A stretch of 64,000 nucleotides of DNA from Candidatus Poribacteria bacterium (GTDB taxonomy: Bacteria; Poribacteria; WGA-4E; WGA-3G), in NCBI GenBank assembly GCA_028824125.1, contig JAPPES010000085.1, positions 79,281 through 143,280 of the forward strand, given 5' to 3'. Below the pieces are notes generated by a model. The model ran no database searches. It saw only the letters and a program-made list of their open reading frames with translations, and was not told the DNA's origin. Both the position numbers and the translations under genes were made by a program. Below, one piece after another: positions 10,098-19,341 of this stretch (positions are counted from its first letter, which is position 1; each line of letters opens with the position of its first letter).

Positions 10098-11219
10098 ATG
10101 TTTTATCCAGCACATATAAATCTGCAAAATAGAGCATGCCTTGTTGTTGGGGGGGGCACTGTTGCTGAACGTAAAGTTGTCTCTATGCTCATCAGTGGTG
10201 GAAATGTAACTGTGATTAGTCCAGACGCAACCGAATTAGTTATATTCCTTGCTGAGATAGGCACAATACAATGGCACAAACGGCAGTTTAAGACAGGAGA
10301 TACGAGCGGATATTTTCTTGTATGTGCCGCAACCGATTTTACAGATATAAACACCGCAGTATACGCTGAAGCACATAAAGAGAAGAACATTCGTTTAGTC
10401 AATGTCGTTGACGTTATCCCACAATGTACATTTGCTGCTGCGTCTGTAATAACAGATGGCAAACTCATGATTAGTATCTCCACAAGTGGTATGAGTCCAG
10501 CGACAAGTCGGCGCATCCGAGTACATTTTGAAGAGACGTTAAAGACGTCATCTTTATATACGCTTGGATATGAAAATGGAAAACCTGTACCAATTGAAAA
10601 TCAAAGATTGCCATATCCAGTTTACCTGTTATTGGAAGATCGCAAGTGTGTTGTCCTATATGAGCAGGAAACATCGGAAATTGAACGTAGAGTCTCACTA
10701 TTACGTCAGTGTGGCGCGATAGTGGTGCATAATCCTATGGACTTTGATGATGCATTCCTTGTGATTTCCGATACATCTATAAGTGATGTTTCTGATGGCT
10801 TCTTACAAGAGATTCTCGATAGACCAAACTCTGCTGACTTCTTTACACCGAATCTCGTTATAGATGATAACCTTATTATTAGCATATCAACAAAGGATAG
10901 CACAGATGTAAGCAAGATGGAACGTTTACATGCGAAACTCACGCATCAGTTTGAAAACAGCGGTTACGGTGCATTTATTGACCTGCTTGGCAAGCGGCGT
11001 CCGGAAGTCCTCAAAACTTTTCCTACGTCCAAAATGCGCGGCGATTTTTTTGAGAAACTTATCGGACACGTCGTAGACAGTCCACAAACATGTTGTCTAA
11101 GTCTTACAAACCCTGCGTGTTCTGCCGAATGCCTTTTCAACTGGGTACGACATGGTAAAATTAAGGACGCAAACAACTTTATATCGGAGTTTTTAAGCGC
11201 ACAGCAAGCAAAAATATAA
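10098..11219 (+). CDS. Precorrin-2 dehydrogenase / sirohydrochlorin ferrochelatase-like protein (SirC/Met8 family) with an internally duplicated degenerate domain. The start was moved to ATG 10098, just after the upstream stop.
   Basis: The N-terminal Rossmann signature LVVGGGTVAERKV is typical of SirC and the CysG N-terminus. The second half (aa ~190-370) repeats the same fold pattern in degenerate form. Confidence 0.65.
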   Translation: MFYPAHINLQNRACLVVGGGTVAERKVVSMLISGGNVTVISPDATELVIFLAEIGTIQWHKRQFKTGDTSGYFLVCAATDFTDINTAVYAEAHKEKNIRLVNVVDVIPQCTFAAASVITDGKLMISISTSGMSPATSRRIRVHFEETLKTSSLYTLGYENGKPVPIENQRLPYPVYLLLEDRKCVVLYEQETSEIERRVSLLRQCGAIVVHNPMDFDDAFLVISDTSISDVSDGFLQEILDRPNSADFFTPNLVIDDNLIISISTKDSTDVSKMERLHAKLTHQFENSGYGAFIDLLGKRRPEVLKTFPTSKMRGDFFEKLIGHVVDSPQTCCLSLTNPACSAECLFNWVRHGKIKDANNFISEFLSAQQAKI

Positions 11220-11222
11220 CGA

Positions 11223-12080
11223 ATGTCAACAGAACTCCTGCATTTTCTTTTTCTTATTACCGTATTAGTCTATTTAGCAGCCAGTATTTTTCAGGCACTC
11301 TACCTTGCAATAGGGGAACGATCTGAAACGCCGACTCTACGTCCACGGATCGCCTCAATCGCTTTCTGGGGAACGTGTCTTGGGTTTGCTTTGTTAACGC
11401 TTTTCATTGGACTCTGGTGGTCATTTCAAGGACATTTCCCAATGACGCACTGGACGGACTCAACAGCTTTCTTTGCGTGGGCAATCACCTTAATCTACCT
11501 GATTGTTGTTCGAATGACGCAGCTACATGCTATTGGAAGTTTTGTGATGCCTCTTGCATTCATTACAATCCTGATTTCCTATAGTTTCTCCAGAAATACA
11601 TCAGCATTGCCAGAAGATTTGGAAACCTATTGGTTAGTTCCACACGTTACACTTATTCTGCTTGCTTATGCTGCATTTATCACAGCCTTTGGGTTTGGAC
11701 TGCTTTACCTGATGGCAGAGAAAAAGATCCGTGAAAAGCAACATACGATCTTTCAAAACCTTCTTCCGTCCCTCGGTGCTTCGGACGAACTTGGTTTCCG
11801 ATGTACATTACTCGGAGTGATCCTATTGACAACGGGGGTAATTGTCGGGGCACTATGGACTCAGTATATTAATGAGGAAGTGAGATGGAGATGGCTTGAT
11901 TCTAAAGTTCTTTTTACTGTCGTGACATGGGTCATCTATGTTGTGCAAATTGGTATCCGTCAAGTGTGGGGTTGGCGTGGCAGAAAAGCAGCGTATTCTG
12001 AAATCGCCGGTTTTATTGCCGTACTCTGTACCTATATTGGTGTGAATCTGTTCTTAGACAGCGCACACACATTTCGGTAA
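11223..12080 (+). CDS. Cytochrome c assembly protein family membrane protein (CcsA/HemX-like).
   Basis: The protein is a multi-TM protein with a Trp-rich segment (WWSFQGHFPMTHWTDSTAFFAW, QVWGWRGRK). Its position between sirC and hemA matches the Bacillus hemAXCDBL arrangement. Confidence 0.7.
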   Translation: MSTELLHFLFLITVLVYLAASIFQALYLAIGERSETPTLRPRIASIAFWGTCLGFALLTLFIGLWWSFQGHFPMTHWTDSTAFFAWAITLIYLIVVRMTQLHAIGSFVMPLAFITILISYSFSRNTSALPEDLETYWLVPHVTLILLAYAAFITAFGFGLLYLMAEKKIREKQHTIFQNLLPSLGASDELGFRCTLLGVILLTTGVIVGALWTQYINEEVRWRWLDSKVLFTVVTWVIYVVQIGIRQVWGWRGRKAAYSEIAGFIAVLCTYIGVNLFLDSAHTFR

Positions 12081-12119
12081 TATGAGATAGTTGCACAAAG
12101 ATGTGACAAGTGCAAAATT

Positions 12120-12149
12120 TGACATTCTATCCTCAATTGTGATATAATT
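12120..12149 (+). promoter_or_regulatory. Near-consensus sigma70-type promoter (TTGACA-18-TATAAT) about 50 nt upstream of hemA.
   Basis: Read directly from the sequence: tttgacattctatcctcaattgtgatataatt. Confidence 0.45.
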
Positions 12150-12199
12150 TACTAACTATCGGACATTCGCAAGTATTCAGTATCCGACGAGCAAGTATC

Positions 12200-13501
12200 A
12201 TGAATCAGATTGTATCTATTGGGACAAGCCATCATATAGCACCCGTTGAATTCAGAGAAAAGCTGGCTTTTTCCGAAGAACAACTCATAGAATCCCTCCA
12301 TCATCTGCGCGAATCACATAAGGTTGATGAGGCAGTAATTCTCTCTACCTGTAATCGCGTAGAGGTTTATGGGGTCGCTAATTCCCAGCGAACAGCCAAA
12401 TCACCTGTTTCAGTCTTGTTTGACTTTTTATCTGATTACCATCGAATTAGTGTGGATACACTCAAAAAATGGAGCTATCGTCACCATAACCTTGATACCA
12501 TTTTACATCTTTTCCGGGTTACATCCAGCCTTGATTCAATGGTTGTGGGTGAATCTCAAATTTTAGGTCAAGTCAAAGAGGCTTATGATTTTTCACGTTC
12601 AGCAGGAGGTGCAGGGGCAATCCTAAACCGCCTTTTCGCGAAGGCATTCAGTGTTGGTAAACGTATACGTTCAGAAACCACTATTGCTGCAGGAGCTGTG
12701 TCGATCAGTTATGCAGCGGTAGAACTTGCTAAAAAGATTTTCAATACTTTAGAAAACAAAACCGTAGCGATTATTGGCGCGGGTGAGATGAGCGAACTGA
12801 CTGCCAAACATCTCGTCGCGAATGGTGTTTCAAAAGTAATCGTTGCGAACCGTACTTATGAACGTGCTGTCAAGATTGCCGAGAAGTTTAAAGGCGTCCC
12901 TGTTGCTTATGAGGAAAACCTAAACTTTCTCATTGATGCGGATATCGTCATCAGCTCCACAGACGCCCCCTATTATCTCATTGAACGCAAACCGCTTGCT
13001 GAGATTATGAGAAAGCGGAAACATCGGTATATGTTTCTCATTGACATCGCTGTTCCACGCGATATTGAACCGGACGTGAGTAAAATCAACCACGCCTTTC
13101 TCTATAACATTGATGATTTAGAAGCTGTTGTAGCGTCTAATCTCCAAGAACGGAAACAGGAAGCGGTTCGCGCTGAGCAGATTGTCTCTGAAGAGGCGAA
13201 GCAATTTCACGACCAATTGCAAATCCTCGAAGTTAATCCCACCATTAAAGCACTACATCAGCAGTTTCAACAGATAGCCGAATGTGAACTCAAAGTCTGC
13301 TTGGGTAAGACTACATTGTCAGACACACAAGAAGATGCTGTTGCATCTATGACACAAGCAATCGTTAAAAAACTTCTACATCACCCGGTAGAAAATTTGC
13401 GCCACGCTGTTAACGATGGCAATGCTGATCATGGGCAATATGTTCATGCCCTCCAAGAGTTGTTCGCTTTGGACAATAATGACGATAAGGAACAGGAATG
13501 A
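12200..13501 (+). CDS. hemA: Glutamyl-tRNA reductase.
   Basis: The N-terminus reads IVSIGTSHH...LSTCNRVEVY with the catalytic Cys. An NADP-binding GAGEM motif is present. Confidence 0.9.
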   Translation: MNQIVSIGTSHHIAPVEFREKLAFSEEQLIESLHHLRESHKVDEAVILSTCNRVEVYGVANSQRTAKSPVSVLFDFLSDYHRISVDTLKKWSYRHHNLDTILHLFRVTSSLDSMVVGESQILGQVKEAYDFSRSAGGAGAILNRLFAKAFSVGKRIRSETTIAAGAVSISYAAVELAKKIFNTLENKTVAIIGAGEMSELTAKHLVANGVSKVIVANRTYERAVKIAEKFKGVPVAYEENLNFLIDADIVISSTDAPYYLIERKPLAEIMRKRKHRYMFLIDIAVPRDIEPDVSKINHAFLYNIDDLEAVVASNLQERKQEAVRAEQIVSEEAKQFHDQLQILEVNPTIKALHQQFQQIAECELKVCLGKTTLSDTQEDAVASMTQAIVKKLLHHPVENLRHAVNDGNADHGQYVHALQELFALDNNDDKEQE

Positions 13502-14424
13502 GCAGCTCGGTTACAATTGGCACGCGTGGCAGCCAACTTGCGCTATGGCAAGCATCCTTTGTAAAACAGCAATTAGCACACCATTTCCCCGATGTTGAAG
13601 TTAACCTCAAAATCATCAAAACCACCGGTGATACTATCCAAAATCGTTCTTTGGTGGGATTAGGCAAAGGCGTTTTTACCAAAGAGATAGAAATCGCGCT
13701 ATTAAACGGTGATATAGACCTTGCTGTTCATAGCCTTAAAGACCTCCCAACAGAATTACCCCAAGGACTTTGTATAGCCGCGATCCCAAAGCGTGAAGAC
13801 CCACGCGATGTACTCGTTACATCCACAGGGTTCTTCTTAGAAGATTTGCTGCATGGTGCGAAAATCGGCACTACAAGCCCACGGCGAAAGGCACAACTTC
13901 TCCATCTACGTCCAGATTTGCAAGTTATTGATGTCCGAGGCAATGTTGATACTCGGATCCGTAAACTTGAAGAAACCGATCTTGATGGGATTATTCTCGC
14001 TGCGGCAGGGATTAAACGCCTCCTTAAGGAAGAAGTTATCACGCAATTTTTTGAAATAGAGCAGATGGTGCCAGCAGTTGGACAGGGAGCATTGGCGATC
14101 GAAGCGCGTGAAGGAGATAGCGACATTGAAAACCTACTTGTTCCTTTGAACGACACAACGACAGTTGCCGAAATTACCGCTGAAAGAACTGTATTGGAAA
14201 GTCTCGGCGGCGGATGTCAAGTGCCGATAGGCGCGTATGCTGAACACGTTGAGGGTGAACTCTCACTTATCGGCACTGTATGCCATCCTGAAGGGAGAGT
14301 CCGTATTGTAGAAAGCGCAGCGGGAATGTTAGACGATGCACAGCACTTGGGCAGAATTGTTGCTGAAAGATTGCGTAACAGCGGAGCAAATGAACTGTTG
14401 AAAGCACTGTCAGATGTGGAATGA
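13498..14424 (+). CDS. hemC: Hydroxymethylbilane synthase (porphobilinogen deaminase).
   Basis: The N-terminus reads IGTRGSQLALWQA. The start shares an ATGA overlap with the hemA stop. Confidence 0.9.
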   Translation: MSSSVTIGTRGSQLALWQASFVKQQLAHHFPDVEVNLKIIKTTGDTIQNRSLVGLGKGVFTKEIEIALLNGDIDLAVHSLKDLPTELPQGLCIAAIPKREDPRDVLVTSTGFFLEDLLHGAKIGTTSPRRKAQLLHLRPDLQVIDVRGNVDTRIRKLEETDLDGIILAAAGIKRLLKEEVITQFFEIEQMVPAVGQGALAIEAREGDSDIENLLVPLNDTTTVAEITAERTVLESLGGGCQVPIGAYAEHVEGELSLIGTVCHPEGRVRIVESAAGMLDDAQHLGRIVAERLRNSGANELLKALSDVE

Positions 14425-14426
14425 AT

Positions 14427-15836
14427 TTATTCTCTTTGCGCACAAGGCACAATAATAGAATCCACCATCCCGTGTAATATCTTCTTATCGGCAGGACAGA
14501 CAGCTGCCTGAATTCCACCGAGTTTCACAGTATCACCTACAACAAAATAGTATGGACGCAGAAGTGGGCGGGCGGGCAGCTCTTGCATATCCGCAGTTTC
14601 AAAATCGTAGTATTGCATCCTTACACGTTGGGCGGTGTGGAATTGCTGTAATACGTGTGGTGTTTTCTCAAAAGACGCAAGACCATTTTCAATTGCAGCT
14701 CCCCACTCCTCTGTTGACAGATCATGCCCGATTTTGACGCCACGGCTACCCCAGGCGAGTTCCGAAAACCCCGAAGGTTTGATTACTAATTCCCGTTGCC
14801 GTTGTGTTACAATACTGAGTTGTCGCCAGTCCGTTACAGGCATATTCTCTATTTCCAAGTTTGGAATAATAGCATGCGGCGGTAAAGGACGCGGATCAAG
14901 GACCCACGTCTGTGGAATCGCTTCCTGTAGAAACGGATAGGTTTTTTTGCCAAGTTGACGTTGCCAAAAAGGTTGAAGTGAGGGATGGTGGAAGAGCGCG
15001 AGACACAATTTCTCTTCTAAATAGGCTTTCGGAGGAGGTGTCATCACAACGGTGCGCTTCTTCGCACTATAGAAGATTAATTCTGCTTTCGGGATGTTCG
15101 GAAGATCAAATAACTCATAGAAGCGGTAAACGACATCAACCTCCATCTTACCATCTGCATTTTGAACAAATAGCCCATCTTCGGTAAAGAAAATCTCGTG
15201 AGGTTTAACGGCGGCAGTTCTGAGTCCAGCATCACAAAGTGCATTAGCAAGCCACGCCATTTCTGGTCTATAATCTTCAGATTCGTCTGAAACAACAATT
15301 GCAAGTGTAGGATTATCCTTCTTTGCTAAAGCGCGGATCATTTCCGCATAGGAATTCACCATGCCATCTTTCCCGCCGATGATGGGATAGCCAAGTTTCG
15401 CATACAACCTCGCCAAGCAACCTGTCGCACCGATGAAACCAGGGATAGAATCAAGCTCTGTTATTATTTTGCTGTTGTCCGTAGTCGGTAAAATATCAGG
15501 GCGTATGACGCCAGGCAGTTGGCTTTTGAAGCGGTTCATCCGTCCCTGCTGGATGACACTTTCAGGTTTACCAATATCTAAATATTCTGCTACCCAAGCG
15601 GGTTGAATCCCTCTCGCGCTTTGGGAATAGAGCAAGTTGCAAGCGCGATAAAAACTTAATAGGTGCGGACCGAGTTCCTCAAACCAATTCAAGTCCTCTT
15701 GTGAAATCCAAAACGGTTCCGGTGAAATTCGCCATGATGTATTACAATCGGGGTGAACCTCCCGTTTTTCTGATGAAAATAATTTTTCCTTCGATATCTC
15801 ATCGTTGATTAACAAACATATCTGTTTTGCATCCAA
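14427..15836 (-). CDS. Circularly permuted ATP-grasp / glutathionylspermidine-synthase-like amidoligase family protein.
   Basis: VIRPDILPTTDNSKIITELDSIPGFIG and EEKLCLALFHHP segments resemble CP-ATP-grasp type 2 / GspS family signatures. Confidence 0.45.
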   Translation of the reverse strand: MDAKQICLLINDEISKEKLFSSEKREVHPDCNTSWRISPEPFWISQEDLNWFEELGPHLLSFYRACNLLYSQSARGIQPAWVAEYLDIGKPESVIQQGRMNRFKSQLPGVIRPDILPTTDNSKIITELDSIPGFIGATGCLARLYAKLGYPIIGGKDGMVNSYAEMIRALAKKDNPTLAIVVSDESEDYRPEMAWLANALCDAGLRTAAVKPHEIFFTEDGLFVQNADGKMEVDVVYRFYELFDLPNIPKAELIFYSAKKRTVVMTPPPKAYLEEKLCLALFHHPSLQPFWQRQLGKKTYPFLQEAIPQTWVLDPRPLPPHAIIPNLEIENMPVTDWRQLSIVTQRQRELVIKPSGFSELAWGSRGVKIGHDLSTEEWGAAIENGLASFEKTPHVLQQFHTAQRVRMQYYDFETADMQELPARPLLRPYYFVVGDTVKLGGIQAAVCPADKKILHGMVDSIIVPCAQRE

Positions 15837-16009
15837 ACTAAAACTCCCTATAATTCATACATTAGCATATATTTTTTATCTATAGAATTATATAGAATTT
15901 CTGTGATTTACGCAACATTAAGTGGCATTTCGTTATGGAGCAGGGCAAATAAAAAAGTGTGATGGTATTCAGCAGAAAGCCTACTCACTATCACATCTCG
16001 ATTGTCGCT

Positions 16010-16468
16010 CTAATCATTGAAGTGACGATACATCTTTACTCTGAGCGTTTCTACCTCGGCTGTGAGTAAACTGATCATCTCACTCTGTTTCTGTATGAGT
16101 GCCGCAATCTGCATTTCTGACGCGCTATCCTTCCTACTACGCCATGTGATGATGAGCTGTGGAATACCTACGGCTATCACTATGAGTGCTACCAAAGCGT
16201 ATACAAGGTTTGCAACCATTGCGATCTGTTTTTCAACGCCGGTTAAACGTCCATCTAATCGCGCAAAACCCTCTTTTAAAGACACAATATCGGATTTTAT
16301 AGATACGATATCAGCTTTTATAGGCGTGAGTTCCTTATCAAGAACTGTTTCGATTTCCTCTTTGACAATCAAGCGAATTTCTTTAAGGTCTTGAGGTGTC
16401 AACTGAGCGAGAGATGGCAACGTAATAGTACACAAACAGACCGAGAAACAGAAAATAGTTTTCAACAT
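16010..16468 (-). CDS. Hypothetical secreted/membrane protein with coiled-coil segments and a C-terminal TM helix.
   Basis: The product has a signal peptide and heptad-like VSIKSDIVSLKEG repeats. A hydrophobic stretch LVYALVALIVIAVGI is present. Confidence 0.4.
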   Translation of the reverse strand: MLKTIFCFSVCLCTITLPSLAQLTPQDLKEIRLIVKEEIETVLDKELTPIKADIVSIKSDIVSLKEGFARLDGRLTGVEKQIAMVANLVYALVALIVIAVGIPQLIITWRSRKDSASEMQIAALIQKQSEMISLLTAEVETLRVKMYRHFND

Positions 16469-16654
16469 GGTTTACTCCTTTCGGGAAACCTTTTATTTTG
16501 GACTAAAGGAATTATACACAATTTTTCCAATTAAAACAACAAAAAGGCGGGGCCCCAGCAATGGGTATGTAAAGTTTTTGTCACATATAGCATTGTCCCA
16601 TCAGGAAAGACGCATAAACTTGTCAGAATCGCAGATGATGCTAAAACTCGCAAG

Positions 16655-16690
16655 CGTTTTGTAGCATAAACTTCCAGTTTGTGCTATCCC
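16655..16690. repeat. Partial family-A MITE terminus.
   Basis: The sequence gtagcataaacttccagtttgtgctatcc matches the family-A end. Confidence 0.5.
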
Positions 16691-16711
16691 CAAAAGCTCA
16701 ACATGGAAGTG

Positions 16712-16810
16712 AAATCAACGGTATGAATCATGGCGAATGCCATACGGGGAATGCCTAAATGGCATTCATACCGTTGATTTGGCGCATTCGTCTTTAGGCA
16801 TTCCCCGTGC
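16712..16810. repeat. Family-B palindromic REP-like repeat (GGGGAATGCCTAAATGGCATTCATACCGTTGATT) with nested inverted copies.
   Basis: The motif recurs at about 43798 (reverse), 53826 and 61098. The hairpin gaatgcc/ggcattc is perfect. Confidence 0.65.
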
Positions 16811-16861
16811 TACAGAAACGGACTATCGGACGAGAAACATCGCCCAGACGAAAAACGATTT

Positions 16862-16925
16862 GGCATCTCCATGCATATAATCCGCGCAATCCGCATAATC
16901 CGTGACAATCCGCGATTCAAATAAA
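16862..16925. repeat. Family-E short tandem/inverted repeats (AATCCGCGATTCAG-type).
   Basis: The sequence taatccgcgcaatccgcataatccgtgacaatccgcgattcaaat is present here. Related copies lie at 57470-57795 in both orientations. Confidence 0.5.
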
Positions 16926-17065
16926 AAGGTGACAAAACTTTACACACCCTCCCAGCAATCAAATTATTGACTTAAAATCTCTATTTTGATAATATAACCA
17001 CAGTCTGTTGTATTGTTCACTAATAATGTTTCTACAGTTCGGTATTAATCGGAATAAAGGAGGAT

Positions 17066-17866
17066 ATGAAAGTGCAATATATCTATTCAAAATTATCCCT
17101 TATCTTAGTCATAACTATGGTCTTAGTGATACTCAGTGTTATGTCCACACACGCAGCAGTTGACAAACACACCGTTGCCGTGTGGCTCTTTGAAGAAGGA
17201 GATGGAAAGACGGTCCGAGACGCTTCTGGTAATGGACATAATGGTAAAATAACCGGTAGTCTCAAATGGGTAAAAGCGAAGTCTGGCACAGGGTTAGAAT
17301 TCCCTGGGGATGGCAGCGGTTATATTGTCGTGGATTCAACAAAAAAATTGGAGTTGGAAACACTCACGATTGAAGTGCTGGTCAAGGTAACAGGACATGA
17401 TGGTAAATGGCAGGGAATCGTCTGCAAACAGCAGGTAGGATGCACTAATCGGAACTACGGTATATGGGTGCATAATAATGAGCAGGTCCTGCATGCACAG
17501 ATCGGTGCAAATGGAGGATGTGCCTTCAACATGAATGGTACAACGCGAATCACAGACAACACATGGCATCATCTTGCTTTTACGTTTGATGGGGATATGG
17601 GGCGCCTCTACGTTGATGGTCAATTAGAGACAGAGAAAGCCAATGCGGCTACGTTTCAGAGCAACGATCCGATTACCATCGGTGTGCCGAATATTGACAA
17701 TGCTAACGGATTAATAGGTATCATTGAAGAGATACGTATCTCCAACATCGCACGAAGTGAAGATGAAATTAAAGAGGCTAAGGATATCGGCTTAGCCCAA
17801 ATTCTTAGCGTTGACCCACAATCAAAATTAACGACACGTTGGGGTTATATCAAACAGGTCCCATAA
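17066..17866 (+). CDS. Secreted LamG (concanavalin A-like lectin/glucanase) domain protein.
   Basis: The product has a signal peptide. It carries a LamG_3-like pattern (VRDASGNGHNGKITG...WHHLAFTFDG...LYVDGQ). Confidence 0.7.
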   Translation: MKVQYIYSKLSLILVITMVLVILSVMSTHAAVDKHTVAVWLFEEGDGKTVRDASGNGHNGKITGSLKWVKAKSGTGLEFPGDGSGYIVVDSTKKLELETLTIEVLVKVTGHDGKWQGIVCKQQVGCTNRNYGIWVHNNEQVLHAQIGANGGCAFNMNGTTRITDNTWHHLAFTFDGDMGRLYVDGQLETEKANAATFQSNDPITIGVPNIDNANGLIGIIEEIRISNIARSEDEIKEAKDIGLAQILSVDPQSKLTTRWGYIKQVP

Positions 17867-17885
17867 ACTACAAAGGAAACCAAAT

Positions 17886-19130
17886 TTGAGGATATTAAAG
17901 TATACGATATTATCACTTTTGTGTGTTAGCATACTCGTTTACGGAGCCGCTACAGATGTGCCAGAACATGGTCTTCCGATGGCGGTGCCAGAGGATGTTG
18001 GCGTTTCTACTGAACGGCTTGAAAAAATCGCACCTGTTCTGCAGGGATACGTCAACAAAGGACAAACACCAGGATTCCTTACTGTCATCGCGAGGAAAGG
18101 GAAAATCGCACATTTTGAGACCATCGGTATGCAGGATATTGAAAATAAAAAACCGGTTGAACCAGATACAATCTTCCGTATCTATTCAATGTCAAAACCG
18201 ATTACCAGCGTTGCTGTGATGGTCCTCTACGATGAAGGGCATTTGAAACTTGATGATCCTGTTGAAAACTATATTCCCGCATTCAAAGACATGAAGGTCT
18301 TTAACAATGAACAGACTAAAACCCATACCGCAAAAAATAAGATGACAATCAAGCATCTACTCACACATACTTCCGGTTTGACTTACGGGTGGGGCGACAG
18401 ACCCGTTGATAAACTTTACGCCAAATTGAAAGTATTTGAACGTGATTCAACGTTGGCAGAAAAGGTAGAGAAACTTAGCAAAATCCCGCTTGTTTTCGAA
18501 CCCGGCAAGAGATGGAAATACGGTGTTTCTACGGATGTTCTCGGTTATCTTGTGGAGGTTGTATCTGAAATGCCGTTTGAAGAATTTTTACAGACGAAGA
18601 TTTTCAAACCACTCGGCATGGTAGATACTGGGTTTTCGGTGCCACAAACAGAAGTAGAACGATTTGCGGCTATATATAGAGCTGCTGAATCAGGGGAACT
18701 ACAACGTGTCGGAAAACCGCCTCTTGCAACTGATAACCTCACTTTCTTTCCTTCTGGGGGTGGCGGGTTTGTTTCTACTGCTGCGGATTACCTCCGTTTT
18801 TGTCAGATGTTACTCAATGGCGGTGAATTAGATGGTGTGCGTATTTTAAAGACCGAAACCGTTGAACTGATGCATTATCCACATCAACAATATCACAGAG
18901 ATGGATGGGCTTACGGTTTTGGATTCCATGTTGTTACACGTAAAAATTATGGGAAAAATGGACGGTCATCTGGATCATTTAGTGGAGGTGGTTTAGCTGC
19001 GACTAACTTTTGGATTGACCCAGAAAGAGAACTCATCGGCATTCTGATGACGCAGCTGATGAATAACCGTTATCCTTTTCAAGGGGAATTCAGGAAGCTT
19101 ACCTATCAGGCTTTAATTGACTCGGAATAA
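17886..19130 (+). CDS. Secreted beta-lactamase-family serine hydrolase (class C beta-lactamase / EstB-like), paralog 1.
   Basis: The product has a signal peptide. An S-x-x-K catalytic motif (YSMSKPITS) is present, and the fold is beta-lactamase-related. Confidence 0.8.
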   Translation: MRILKYTILSLLCVSILVYGAATDVPEHGLPMAVPEDVGVSTERLEKIAPVLQGYVNKGQTPGFLTVIARKGKIAHFETIGMQDIENKKPVEPDTIFRIYSMSKPITSVAVMVLYDEGHLKLDDPVENYIPAFKDMKVFNNEQTKTHTAKNKMTIKHLLTHTSGLTYGWGDRPVDKLYAKLKVFERDSTLAEKVEKLSKIPLVFEPGKRWKYGVSTDVLGYLVEVVSEMPFEEFLQTKIFKPLGMVDTGFSVPQTEVERFAAIYRAAESGELQRVGKPPLATDNLTFFPSGGGGFVSTAADYLRFCQMLLNGGELDGVRILKTETVELMHYPHQQYHRDGWAYGFGFHVVTRKNYGKNGRSSGSFSGGGLAATNFWIDPERELIGILMTQLMNNRYPFQGEFRKLTYQALIDSE

Positions 19131-19210
19131 TAGCGTAATTAGAGACAAAAAACGGTCTACGTTGAAAATTATTGGAGTGCTTATTCTAAAATTATAGACT
19201 TCAGCAATTG

Positions 19211-19288
19211 TCGGGAATCGGAGTTCCCTTCTACAATGTTAGATCCATCTTCAGTAGGAGCGATCTCAGAATCGCGACCTTTACCCAT
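19211..19288. repeat. Family-F repeat (GGGAATCGGAGTTCCCT / GTAGGAGCGATCTC.GAATCGCGAC).
   Basis: Matching segments occur at 48270-48340 and 50482-50528. Confidence 0.5.
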
Positions 19289-19341
19289 AAAATTTCGGCA
19301 GACACATCACTATATGACACGAAAATAAAAAGGAGAATAGA

